Position numbers and translations under genes: made by a program. Positions 26,459 through 35,289 of a stretch of 58,562 nucleotides of DNA are shown in pieces. Origin of the DNA: Elusimicrobiota bacterium (GTDB lineage: Bacteria > Elusimicrobiota > Elusimicrobia > Elusimicrobiales > UBA9959); contig DAIENX010000009.1 in the NCBI GenBank assembly GCA_027340875.1, forward strand, positions 1 to 58,562. Reading direction: 5' to 3'. Numbering within the stretch: position 1 is the first letter of the stretch; every line of letters begins with the position of its first letter. A model generated the notes under the pieces. It was not told the DNA's origin. It saw nothing but the letters and a program-made list of their open reading frames with translations, and did not search any database.

Positions 26459-26533
26459 TGGTGCGCTCGACAGGAATAGAACCTGTATAACCGCCTTCGC
26501 AGGGCGGGACTCTATCCGTTGAGATACGAGCGC
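26459..26533 (-). tRNA. tRNA-Arg(GCG)
   Basis: Cloverleaf: GCGCUCG/CGAGCGC acceptor stem, CCGCC-CUGCGAA-GGCGG anticodon arm, ACAGG-UUCUAUU-CCUGU T arm, encoded CCA, A20. Confidence 0.92.
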
Positions 26534-26775
26534 CTTGGTCGCGCCCCTCGCATACGCACGCTCGGGGCCGATTAGCGGCCTGGCCTCATAAGGTGATCGG
26601 CCAGGCGCTCCACAAGGAGGGCTCTGCCCTCCGTTATGTCGTCGCTTGCTTCCTGCGCTTCGCTTGGTCGCTGCGCTGAACCTCCCGAAGTGGTGCGCGG
26701 AAGCTTTCTTAAAGAACTGACGTAAGGAATATTTTATTATTTCTGGGGCCTTGAGAACAATAGCCGGCGGGACGG

Positions 26776-28608
26776 TCACATGCCCAGCAGCTTCTTCCAC
26801 CAGGGCTTGGCTTCCGGCTTGGCCTCGGGCAGAGCCTCGAATACCGGCTGGTCGGACTGGCCTCTGTACACCGGCATGCCCACCCTGAACGTGGAGCCGC
26901 GGCCGGGCTCGCTCTCCAGCGTGAGCCTGCCGCCCTGCAGTATCACCATGGACTTGGTGATGGCCAGGCCCAGGCCGGTGCCGCCTACCTTCTCTCCGGA
27001 GGCTGCCTGCACGAACTTCTCGAAGATCTTGTCCTGTTCCTCTTTCTTTATGCCGCAGCCGGTGTCCTTCACCGAGAAGAAGACGTAGTTGGAGAGCGCC
27101 TCCCGGCCCGCGTCCGCCGCTATCTCTATGGAGCCCCCGCTCGGGGTGAACTTTATGGCGTTCGAGATCAGGTTTATCAGCACCTGCACCGTGCGCCGTC
27201 TGTCGGCGTAGATGCCGGGCAGGGACGGCTCGCTGACCACCGAGAGGTTTATGCCCTTGGAGGAGGACCAGGCCTTCATCGCCTCGGCGGCTTCCTTCGC
27301 TATCTCCGCGGCCGCGGCGCTCTCGGGGTGGAAGACCATCTTCCCGGACTGCAGCTTGGAGAAGTCCAGGATGTCGGTTATGATGGAGTTCAGGCGCTCG
27401 GTGTTGCGGATGGCGGTGTTCAGTATGCCTTTGCCGCCGGTCTCTCCGACGTCCCGGCTGAGCATCTCCAACGCGGCCTTGATGGAGGTCAGCGGGGAGC
27501 GCAGTTCGTGGGTCATGCTGGCGATGAAGTCCTGCTGCAGCTGTTCCACCTGCTTCAGCTTGACCGCGTCGGTCGGAACCGAGACCGCGCCTACTATCTT
27601 TCCTTCCTCGTTCTGGATGATGGCGGTGGCCTTCTTCATCGTCTCGGCCGTGGCGGCCGGGCCTGACTTCTGTACCTCTCCGGAGAGGTCCGCCCGGTCC
27701 TCCGGCTTGATCTCCTTGGCCAGCGAGACGACCTGGTCCTCTATGGAGGAAAGGTCCATTATCTTCCTGCCGGAGAGCTCGGCCAGCGGCTTGCCGGAGA
27801 TGGCTTCCGCTTCCGGGTTCATCATCAGGATCTTGCCTTCCTTGTCCACGACCACCACGCCTCCGGCGAGGCTGGTCATGACGGACTCGGTGCGGGCCAT
27901 GTCGTTCTCTATCTTCTTCTTCTCCCTGCGCACTTCCTCCAGCGCCCGGGAGATGCCGGCTTCTACGGCCTCTTTGAACTTGGCCTCCAGCAGCTCGATT
28001 ATGCGGCGCTGCTCGGCGGGGTCCGCGGTGACGCGGCTCACCACGGTGGTCAGAGCCGACTCGAAGTTCTGGCCGGAGATCTTCTCCGCCACCTTCCCGG
28101 CCGGTTCCTGCCCCGCGGCCAGGCCGGCGCCTCCGCCGGCCTGGCCGGGGACTACGGCGGCGGCCTGGGGCTGGCCGGCCTCCACCTTGGCGTAGACGGC
28201 CTCGTTCAGCTTGACCCGCTCGACACCGCGCTCGGCCAGGAAGGCCTTCGCGTCCCCTTTGTGCGCCTGCACCTGGCAGAGGGCCAGCAGGTCGTCCCCG
28301 GTGGTCCCCTTAGAGAAGGTTATGGTCTGTATGCGGAACCTGGAATAGAGGTTCTTCAGGGAGTTGGGGAGCTTGTCGGCGGCCAGCAGCGGCGTGCCGT
28401 TGATTATCAGCTTGTCGTTGTCCAGCGTCACCGAGAGGTCCGAGCCGCCGGAGGCCTCGAAGATGGCGGCCAGCAGCGACTGCCCCTCCTCGAGGGCGCT
28501 CCTGACCTGCGGGTGGTCGGGTTTATAGAGGTTTATCTGGGTCAGCGCGCGGGTGAATATCTTAAGGAAGTTGAACCAGAGCGTCTTTTGGTCCTGTGTT
28601 TCCGTCAT
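26776..28608 (-). CDS. Cytoplasmic PAS-domain sensor histidine kinase
   Basis: PAS (GVVVVD..G.I...N..AE), H-box THELRSPL, NLISNAIKFT, DTGCGI, GTGLGL; start reassigned to the ATG at 28608, overlapping the upstream stop. Confidence 0.92.
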   Translation of the reverse strand: MTETQDQKTLWFNFLKIFTRALTQINLYKPDHPQVRSALEEGQSLLAAIFEASGGSDLSVTLDNDKLIINGTPLLAADKLPNSLKNLYSRFRIQTITFSKGTTGDDLLALCQVQAHKGDAKAFLAERGVERVKLNEAVYAKVEAGQPQAAAVVPGQAGGGAGLAAGQEPAGKVAEKISGQNFESALTTVVSRVTADPAEQRRIIELLEAKFKEAVEAGISRALEEVRREKKKIENDMARTESVMTSLAGGVVVVDKEGKILMMNPEAEAISGKPLAELSGRKIMDLSSIEDQVVSLAKEIKPEDRADLSGEVQKSGPAATAETMKKATAIIQNEEGKIVGAVSVPTDAVKLKQVEQLQQDFIASMTHELRSPLTSIKAALEMLSRDVGETGGKGILNTAIRNTERLNSIITDILDFSKLQSGKMVFHPESAAAAEIAKEAAEAMKAWSSSKGINLSVVSEPSLPGIYADRRRTVQVLINLISNAIKFTPSGGSIEIAADAGREALSNYVFFSVKDTGCGIKKEEQDKIFEKFVQAASGEKVGGTGLGLAITKSMVILQGGRLTLESEPGRGSTFRVGMPVYRGQSDQPVFEALPEAKPEAKPWWKKLLGM

Positions 28609-29903
28609 AACTTGTACAGGTTCCTCCCTTTCAGCCCCCTGGTGGCGTTCCTGGTGTCGAAGACCAGGCGGGCGCGGCGGACTATGTCGCGGTAGTCCAG
28701 GCAGGTATGCGGGGTTATTATCAGCACGCAGTCGTATTCGCGCAGCCTGCGGAGAGCGTCCTTCCTGGAGCGGCGCACTTCGCCCTCGACCTCCGCGAGC
28801 GGGACATAGGGGTCGTAGTAGTCGGCCTTTGCCCCGGTCTTCTCCAGCAGGATCAGGACGTCGCGCGCCGGGGATTCCCTCGGGTCGGAGATGTCCTGCT
28901 TGTAGGCCATGCCCAGCATCAGTATCTTCGATCTGCTCAGGGCCTTCCCCCTGGAATTGAGTATCTCGCCCAGGCGGCCGACCACGTGGTCGGGCATGGA
29001 GGAGTTTATCGCTCCGGCCAGCTCTATGAAGCGGGGTTCGAAGTTCAGGGTCTTCATCTTCCAGCCCAGGTAATGCGGGTCCAGAGGTATGCAGTGCCCG
29101 CCTATGCCCGGGCCCGGGTAGAACGGCATATAACCGAAAGGCTTGGAAGCCGCGGCGTCCACGACCTCCCAGACGTCGAGGCCCAGCTTGTGGCACATCA
29201 GCGCCATTTCGTTCATCATGCCGATGTTCACGGCGCGGAAGGTGTTCTCCAGCAGCTTCACCAGCTCCGCGGTCTCGGTGTTGGTGACCTCCAGCACGCG
29301 GTCGATGACGGAGCCGTACAGCATGCCGGCCAGCTTCGTGCAGGCGGGGGTCAGGCCGCCTACCACTTTGGGGGTGTTCTTGACGCCGTATTTGGGATTG
29401 CCCGGATCGACGCGCTCCGGGGAGAAGGCTAGGTGGAAGTCCTTACCGGCCTTCAGCTTGCCGGTCTCGAGCATGGGCTTCACCAGCTCGCGCGTGGTGC
29501 CCGGGTAGGTGGTGCTCTCCAGTATTATCAGCTGGCCGCGGCGCAGGTATCTGCGCGTTTCCTTGACCGAGGCGACTATGTACGAGACGTCCGGGTCCTT
29601 GCTCTTGCGCAGCGGGGTGGGAACGCAGATTATCACGGCGTCCATCTTCCGGAGCTGCGAGAAGTCCAGCGTGGCGGACAGGAGGCCTTTTTTCACCAGC
29701 CCGGCCACTTCCATAGTGGGTACGTCGCCTATATAGGAGATGCCTGCCTTCAGGTCGCGCACCTTCTGCGCGTCCACCTCGAAGCCGGTCACGCGGAAGC
29801 CGCCCTTGGCGAACTCTACGGCCAGCGGCAGGCCCACGTAGCCCATGCCTACTATGCCTATCCGGGCCTTGCGGCCTCCTATCAAAGTCTTGAGATTTTC
29901 CAT
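28605..29903 (-). CDS. Nucleotide-sugar dehydrogenase (UDP-GlcNAc/ManNAc 6-dehydrogenase family)
   Basis: GMGYVGLP, CVPTP, ESTTYPGTT, SPERVDPG, KLLENTFR, GGHCIPLDP. Confidence 0.94.
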   Translation of the reverse strand: MENLKTLIGGRKARIGIVGMGYVGLPLAVEFAKGGFRVTGFEVDAQKVRDLKAGISYIGDVPTMEVAGLVKKGLLSATLDFSQLRKMDAVIICVPTPLRKSKDPDVSYIVASVKETRRYLRRGQLIILESTTYPGTTRELVKPMLETGKLKAGKDFHLAFSPERVDPGNPKYGVKNTPKVVGGLTPACTKLAGMLYGSVIDRVLEVTNTETAELVKLLENTFRAVNIGMMNEMALMCHKLGLDVWEVVDAAASKPFGYMPFYPGPGIGGHCIPLDPHYLGWKMKTLNFEPRFIELAGAINSSMPDHVVGRLGEILNSRGKALSRSKILMLGMAYKQDISDPRESPARDVLILLEKTGAKADYYDPYVPLAEVEGEVRRSRKDALRRLREYDCVLIITPHTCLDYRDIVRRARLVFDTRNATRGLKGRNLYKL

Positions 29904-30031
29904 AAAATTCGCAACCCCTTCCTATTCGTGAAGAATTATATCAAATAAAGACCGGACGCCCCCGGGAGGCCGCGCGGCGGCTGAAGTGGCGGGTTACAAG
30001 GCGGCTTCCATATTTAATATAATTATCCGTT

Positions 30032-30664
30032 ATGGAGTGGATTTTACAGCTGCCGGTGCTGTTCTTCTCGGTTATCTTCCATGAGTTCGCCCACGGCTAT
30101 GCGGCCTACAGGCGCGGGGACGATACGGCATATCTTTCCGGCCGTCTTTCGTTCAACCCGCTGCCGCACATAGACCCGGTCGGGACGCTCATACTGCCGG
30201 CGGCCTGCATACTTATGGGTTTCCCGGCCATGGGCTGGGCCAAGCCGGTGCCGGTCAACCCCTACCGCCTGCACAGCCCGCGCAGCGACATGGCGATGGT
30301 CGCGCTGAGCGGTCCGCTTTCCAATATCACGCTGGCCGTTATTGGAGTGCTCGCCATTAAGATTATGGCATTTGCTTTTTCTGGATCCTCTTTGCAGGAT
30401 CCGTTTATGGTTATTTTTATCTTTACAATTCAGATAAACTTGCTATTGGCAATATTTAACCTAATTCCTATTTTCCCTTTGGATGGAAGCCAAATAATGC
30501 TTGGCCTGCTGAAGGGGCGGGCATTGGAACTTTATGAGAAACATCTCCCTTATGGCATGTATATAATTTTAGGGCTTGTTGTGACGGGACTGTTGCAGGT
30601 TGTTTTGCGTCCCATCCTCATCTTGGTAACGTTAGTAATTTATAGAGTGGTTGGGGCATTTTAA
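30032..30664 (+). CDS. Site-2 protease (M50 family)
   Basis: HEFAH, GWAKPVPVN, GPLSN, FNLIPIFPLDG. Confidence 0.93.
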   Translation: MEWILQLPVLFFSVIFHEFAHGYAAYRRGDDTAYLSGRLSFNPLPHIDPVGTLILPAACILMGFPAMGWAKPVPVNPYRLHSPRSDMAMVALSGPLSNITLAVIGVLAIKIMAFAFSGSSLQDPFMVIFIFTIQINLLLAIFNLIPIFPLDGSQIMLGLLKGRALELYEKHLPYGMYIILGLVVTGLLQVVLRPILILVTLVIYRVVGAF

Positions 30665-30683
30665 AGGCATAAAGTAAGTTTAT

Positions 30684-31316
30684 ATGTTATTCGATATTTT
30701 GAATTTGATAATTTTTGCCTGTGTGGTTTCTCTTTCGTTCTCTATGCTTTGTCATAAGAGGAGTGATTGGCTATATCTTGTTGGATATTTGGTGCTGGCT
30801 GTTTTACTTGGCTTTTTGGGGGAGGAGTTTAGGGGTCTCTGGGGTGTCAAGTACACGGGAATCGTGATTAAGACCTTTGGCGTATTATTAGTTTTCACTT
30901 TTGGGGTTGTATGGTTGAGAAATCTGAAGAGGGAAAAAGAAGCTCGGCTTCTTTCCTTTGTTCTTGCGAGTTTTTTTCTTGCTTTTTTCCCATGGTTCAT
31001 GAGTCCATCGCGGGTGATTGAGAGGGCACGAAATAAAGTTGATGATGCCGCAGGTGAATTAAAAAATTATATACGAGATAGTAAAACAACTCCGGAAAAT
31101 AGTTTAACGTCGGAATATCGGAAGTATTCAGGTTATTTGGATGCGGCAAAATTAGAATATGAAGCCGTAATGGTGAGGCGAGAAAGTGCTCCGGAAGTTT
31201 TTGATAATAGTGGTTTTTTGCCGGTGATGTGGGGAATTGCAGTTGTTTGTTTCGTGTACGGATTTGTGGAGTATATTCTTCGTTCTAAACGAAAAACAGA
31301 GTTGAAAAGGGTATAG
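30684..31316 (+). CDS. AT-rich hypothetical membrane protein
   Basis: 210-aa ORF in an AT-rich patch; about 4 N-terminal and 1 C-terminal hydrophobic segments. Confidence 0.7.
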   Translation: MLFDILNLIIFACVVSLSFSMLCHKRSDWLYLVGYLVLAVLLGFLGEEFRGLWGVKYTGIVIKTFGVLLVFTFGVVWLRNLKREKEARLLSFVLASFFLAFFPWFMSPSRVIERARNKVDDAAGELKNYIRDSKTTPENSLTSEYRKYSGYLDAAKLEYEAVMVRRESAPEVFDNSGFLPVMWGIAVVCFVYGFVEYILRSKRKTELKRV

Positions 31317-31324
31317 GTGTGTGG

Positions 31325-31467
31325 GCGCGCGGGTGGCGGCGGATTCGGGCATGGAGGGCCGTCGCGGACCGAAGGCGCTTGCGTAGCGCGCCGAGGGAGT
31401 GACGAGCGGCGAGCACGGTGTGCGAGACCGCGTGCCCGACAGCCCAAACCGTCGCCAGGACCCGCGC
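31325..31467. repeat. Intergenic palindromic repeat, family B
   Basis: Core 31353-31438 is near-identical to 14191-14299 minus one internal module; has its own outer stem. Confidence 0.85.
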
Positions 31468-31512
31468 TGACATGTGCTCGAAACGAAATTGGCAATTGGC
31501 AATCGTTTATTT

Positions 31513-32607
31513 ATGGAAAACAAGAAGAAATCGGTGGTCGTCTCCGGCATGCGCCCCACGGGGCGGCTGCACCTCGGGCATTACTGGGGGACGCTGCGGA
31601 ACTGGCTGGAGCTGCAGCAGAAATACGACTGCTATTTTTTCGTGGCCGACTGGCACGCGCTGACCACCGGGGCGGACAAGAGCGGGAGCATAGCGGAGAG
31701 CACACGCGAGATGCTGCTGGACTGGATGGCGCTGGGGCTGGACCAGTCCCGCTGCGTCTTCTTCAGACAGTCCGACGTGAAGGCCCATGCCGAGATGGCG
31801 TTGCTGCTGGGCATGGTGACCCCTATCAGCTGGCTGCTGCGCAACCCCACTTTCAAGGACCAGCTCCAGGAACTCTACAAAGCCAAGTACAAGGGCCAGG
31901 AAGACAAGATGAAGAAGGCCGAGGGCGTGACCAGGCAGCTGGCCGAGGCCCACGGCCACGACGCCGACCAGTTGGCTCTGCACAGCGACATGGCCGTGCA
32001 CGGCTTCCTCGGCTACCCGGTGCTGCAGGCGGCCGACGTATTGCTTTACGACGCCAGGTTCGTGCCGATCGGCAAGGACCAGCTGCCGCACCTGGAGCTC
32101 TCCCGCGACATCTCTCGCCGCTTCAACCACGTTTTCGGCACGGACCTGCTCTGCGAACCGGAACCGCTGTTCACCGACTCGCCGCTCGTCCCCGGTCTGG
32201 ACGGCCGGAAGATGTCCAAGTCCTACGATAACTCGATCTTCCTCGGCGAGGAGGCGAAGAGCCTCGAGGCCAAGATAAAGAAGATGTACACCGATCCGCA
32301 GAAGGTCAAGGCGGATTCCCCCGGCCATCCCGAAGGCTGCGTGGTCTGCGCCTTCCACCGGCTCTACAACCCGGATTGGAAGGCCCGCGAGCAGGAATGC
32401 CGCGAGGGGAAAATAGGCTGCGGGGCCTGCAAGAAGCAGCTTTTCGAGCTGATGGACAAGCAGATCGGCGCTTTCCGTGAGCGCCGCGCCGCTCTGGCCG
32501 CGTCGGTGAACGTGGACGAGGTCCTGGCCGAGGGCGCGCGCAAGTCCGCCGCCGTGGCCGACGCGAAGGTGAAGGCCGCCTCGAAGGCGGCGGGGCTGAT
32601 CCGATGA
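31513..32607 (+). CDS. trpS: Tryptophan--tRNA ligase
   Basis: SGMRPTG.LHLGH, ADWHALT, YPVLQAAD, GKDQ..HLE, KMSKS; start reassigned to the ATG at 31513. Confidence 0.97.
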   Translation: MENKKKSVVVSGMRPTGRLHLGHYWGTLRNWLELQQKYDCYFFVADWHALTTGADKSGSIAESTREMLLDWMALGLDQSRCVFFRQSDVKAHAEMALLLGMVTPISWLLRNPTFKDQLQELYKAKYKGQEDKMKKAEGVTRQLAEAHGHDADQLALHSDMAVHGFLGYPVLQAADVLLYDARFVPIGKDQLPHLELSRDISRRFNHVFGTDLLCEPEPLFTDSPLVPGLDGRKMSKSYDNSIFLGEEAKSLEAKIKKMYTDPQKVKADSPGHPEGCVVCAFHRLYNPDWKAREQECREGKIGCGACKKQLFELMDKQIGAFRERRAALAASVNVDEVLAEGARKSAAVADAKVKAASKAAGLIR

Positions 32608-33395
32608 ACGCGATAGACATACATCTCGAGAACTTCGAAGGTCCGCTCGACCTCCTGATGCACCTGATCAGGAAGAACAACCTGGACATCTACGACATAC
32701 CGATAGCGCAGATAACCGGAGAGTACCTGCAGTACCTCGAGGTGATGAAGAGCCTGAACCTGGAGGTGGCCGGCGAGTTTCTCGTGATGGCCGCCACGCT
32801 GATGCAGATAAAGGCAAAGATGCTCCTGCCGGCACCCGAGGTGCAGGAAGGCGAGAACGGCCCCGACCCCCGCGGCGCCCTCGTCAGCATGCTCGAGGAG
32901 TACCAGCGCTACAAGGAAGCCTCCAGGGAGATGAACGGGCGCTTCAATAAATTCAAGGACGCCTTCTACCGCGGCTCGCCGGTGTTCTCCAGCGAGGACA
33001 AGTACCTGGACCTGGATTTCTACGCGCTGATGGACGCGGTCAAACGCGCCTTCGAAAGGGCCGAGCCGGCCCGCGAGGTGGAGGCGGATAAGTTCCCGAT
33101 AGAATCCCGTGTCGAAAAGATACAGAAGATGATGGAGGGCCGGGAGTGGCTGCTGCTCGACGAGGTGTTCGCGTCCGAAACGAAGCGGCTGGGAGTGATA
33201 ACCTGCTTCATGGCCCTGCTGGAGCTCGTGAAGCAGCGAAAGATCCTGGTCTCCCAGGACGAGGCCTACACCGAGGTCCGCATCTATCCCGCGCCGCCTG
33301 CTCCCGTCGCCGAACCGGCGCCCGCTCCCGCCGCGACGGCCGCCCCCGTCGCGGAGGCCCCGGCGCCGCGGTCGGACGAAGGAACGCGGAGCTGA
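32604..33395 (+). CDS. scpA: Segregation and condensation protein A
   Basis: FEGPLDLLMHLI, IYDIPIA.IT, EFLVMAATL, FMALLELVK. Confidence 0.96.
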   Translation: MNAIDIHLENFEGPLDLLMHLIRKNNLDIYDIPIAQITGEYLQYLEVMKSLNLEVAGEFLVMAATLMQIKAKMLLPAPEVQEGENGPDPRGALVSMLEEYQRYKEASREMNGRFNKFKDAFYRGSPVFSSEDKYLDLDFYALMDAVKRAFERAEPAREVEADKFPIESRVEKIQKMMEGREWLLLDEVFASETKRLGVITCFMALLELVKQRKILVSQDEAYTEVRIYPAPPAPVAEPAPAPAATAAPVAEAPAPRSDEGTRS

Positions 33396-33422
33396 ATTTA
33401 ACGACTCTCTGATCGAGGTAAT

Positions 33423-34223
33423 ATGGAAGACGCCGAACTGAAAAAAGTACTCGAAACGCTGCTGTTCATCACCGACGCGCCGTTGCCCGTCAGCCGCATC
33501 TCGCAGCTCTGCGAGGTGAAGAACAAGGAGCGGATAGAGGGCCTGCTGCAGGAGCTGCGTAAGAGCTACGACGAGGAGGGCCGCACGCTGCAGGTGATGC
33601 AGGTGGCCGGCGGCTGGCAGCTGGCCACCCGCCCCGAATACGGCCTCTGGGTGCGCAAGCTATACCAGAACAAGATGACGGTGCGCCTGACCCAGGCCGC
33701 GCTCGAGACCCTCTGCATCATCGCCTATAAACAGCCGCTCACGCGCGCCGAGATAGAGGCCATACGCGGAGTGGAGGTGATAGGCCCGCTCGAGACCCTC
33801 ACCCAGCGCAAGCTTATAACCGTGGTGGGCCGCCGCGAGAGCATAGGGCGCCCGATACTATACGGAACCACCGGGGAGTTCCTGCGCCAGTTCGGGCTGA
33901 ACTCGCTCGACGATCTGCCGAAGCTGGAGAGCTTCAACATCGAGAACGTGGCGGCCGCCGCGCAGTCCACCGCGGTGGAGCTGATAGAACAGGAGTCCAT
34001 GCCGGAGCCGGTGGCCGAGGGCGCTCCGCCCCAGGACCCGGCCCAGGCCGCGCTCGAGGCGGAACTCGCGGCGGACCGGTCCGGGCCGGCGGTCGAGACC
34101 GGAGCGGCAGAGGAGCCCGCGCCCGAGCAGCCGGAGGCCGGGGAAGCCGCCGGCGGTACCGAGGCGGCCGTAGCGGACGCGCCTACGGAAGAGCCGGTCG
34201 AAGAGCCGAAAGCCGGTGAGTGA
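33423..34223 (+). CDS. scpB: Segregation and condensation protein B
   Basis: ALETL.IIAYKQP.TR.EIE.IRGV, GRPILYGTT..FL..FGL; acidic tail. Confidence 0.96.
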   Translation: MEDAELKKVLETLLFITDAPLPVSRISQLCEVKNKERIEGLLQELRKSYDEEGRTLQVMQVAGGWQLATRPEYGLWVRKLYQNKMTVRLTQAALETLCIIAYKQPLTRAEIEAIRGVEVIGPLETLTQRKLITVVGRRESIGRPILYGTTGEFLRQFGLNSLDDLPKLESFNIENVAAAAQSTAVELIEQESMPEPVAEGAPPQDPAQAALEAELAADRSGPAVETGAAEEPAPEQPEAGEAAGGTEAAVADAPTEEPVEEPKAGE

Positions 34224-34258
34224 AGGCCGGCGCCAGATAGCTGTCCGGTCCGCCTACT

Positions 34259-35248
34259 ATGCCTGAGATCCGCAAAGATCCCGTCTTTGGACGCTGGGTG
34301 ATCATAGCCTCCGAGCGGGGGCTGCGTCCCAACGAGTTCCGTCAGTCGCCCGGTCCGGGCGGGTATATCTGTCCCTTCTGCCCAGGCAACGAGGACCTTA
34401 CCCCGCCCACGATATATTCGCTGCCCGGCAAAGCCTCCGGCTGGAGGCTGCGGGTGGTCAGGAACAAGTTCCCCGCGCTGGTGTCCGACGCCTCCGCAGA
34501 CAGCCGGCGGGACGGCATCTACGACAGCATGGACGGCATGGGTTTCCACGAGGTGGTCATTGAGACCCCCGAGCACGGGCGCGTGCTGGAGGAGCTGCCG
34601 GCGGAAGAGATCGCCGACGTGGTACGCGCCTGGATGCTGCGTCTGCGGGAGATCAAGAAGGATCCGCGCATCAAGTACGTGATGATCTTCAAGAACCACG
34701 GTAAGAACGCCGGGGCCAGCCTGCAGCATCCCCATTCCCAGATCATAGCCATGCCGATGGCGCCGCTGCGCGTGCAGCAGGAGATAGACGGCGCCGCGGA
34801 CTACCACGACGAACGCGGCACCTGCGTGTTCTGCGACATCGTGAAGGAGGAAGCCGCGTCCGGGCGACGCGTAGTGGGGGGGAACGAGGATTTCCTCGCC
34901 GTCACGCCGTACGCCAGCCGCTTCTCTTTCGAGACCTGGATCCTGCCGAAGGTTCACGGCAGTCATTTCGAGGATTCTCCCGAGAGCGCGGCGGGGCCGC
35001 TCGCGGCCATGCTCAAGGGGACGCTCTGCAAGCTCTCGGCCTCTCTCGGGGACCTGTCCTACAATCTGATACTGCACACGATGCCGGTACAGGACCCGGC
35101 GGCCGAGCATTACCACTGGCACATCGAGATCATGCCCAAGCTCAGCCACGTGGCCGGCTTCGAGTGGGGCACCGGTTTCTACATAAACACCGTTTCCCCG
35201 GAGGAAGCCGCCGTCATCCTGAACTCCGGGAAGAAGTTCAAGGTCTAG
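34259..35248 (+). CDS. galT: Galactose-1-phosphate uridylyltransferase (GalT family)
   Basis: CPFCPGNE, NKFPAL, HEVVIETP, GASLQHPHSQ, AGFEWGTG. Confidence 0.92.
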   Translation: MPEIRKDPVFGRWVIIASERGLRPNEFRQSPGPGGYICPFCPGNEDLTPPTIYSLPGKASGWRLRVVRNKFPALVSDASADSRRDGIYDSMDGMGFHEVVIETPEHGRVLEELPAEEIADVVRAWMLRLREIKKDPRIKYVMIFKNHGKNAGASLQHPHSQIIAMPMAPLRVQQEIDGAADYHDERGTCVFCDIVKEEAASGRRVVGGNEDFLAVTPYASRFSFETWILPKVHGSHFEDSPESAAGPLAAMLKGTLCKLSASLGDLSYNLILHTMPVQDPAAEHYHWHIEIMPKLSHVAGFEWGTGFYINTVSPEEAAVILNSGKKFKV

Positions 35249-35289
35249 GTTCCTGTCCCACATAAGGCTTTCATGTCCAAGGAGAACAC

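Noticed and set aside
26044..26775. Prophage or genomic island integrated at tRNA-Arg
   Set aside because: The duplicated ends are under 200 bp apart and there is no integrase or cargo gene.
28609..29196. 806-aa version of the histidine kinase
   Set aside because: The extra N-terminus is an alternate frame of the dehydrogenase gene; ATG 28608 overlaps its stop, indicating translational coupling.
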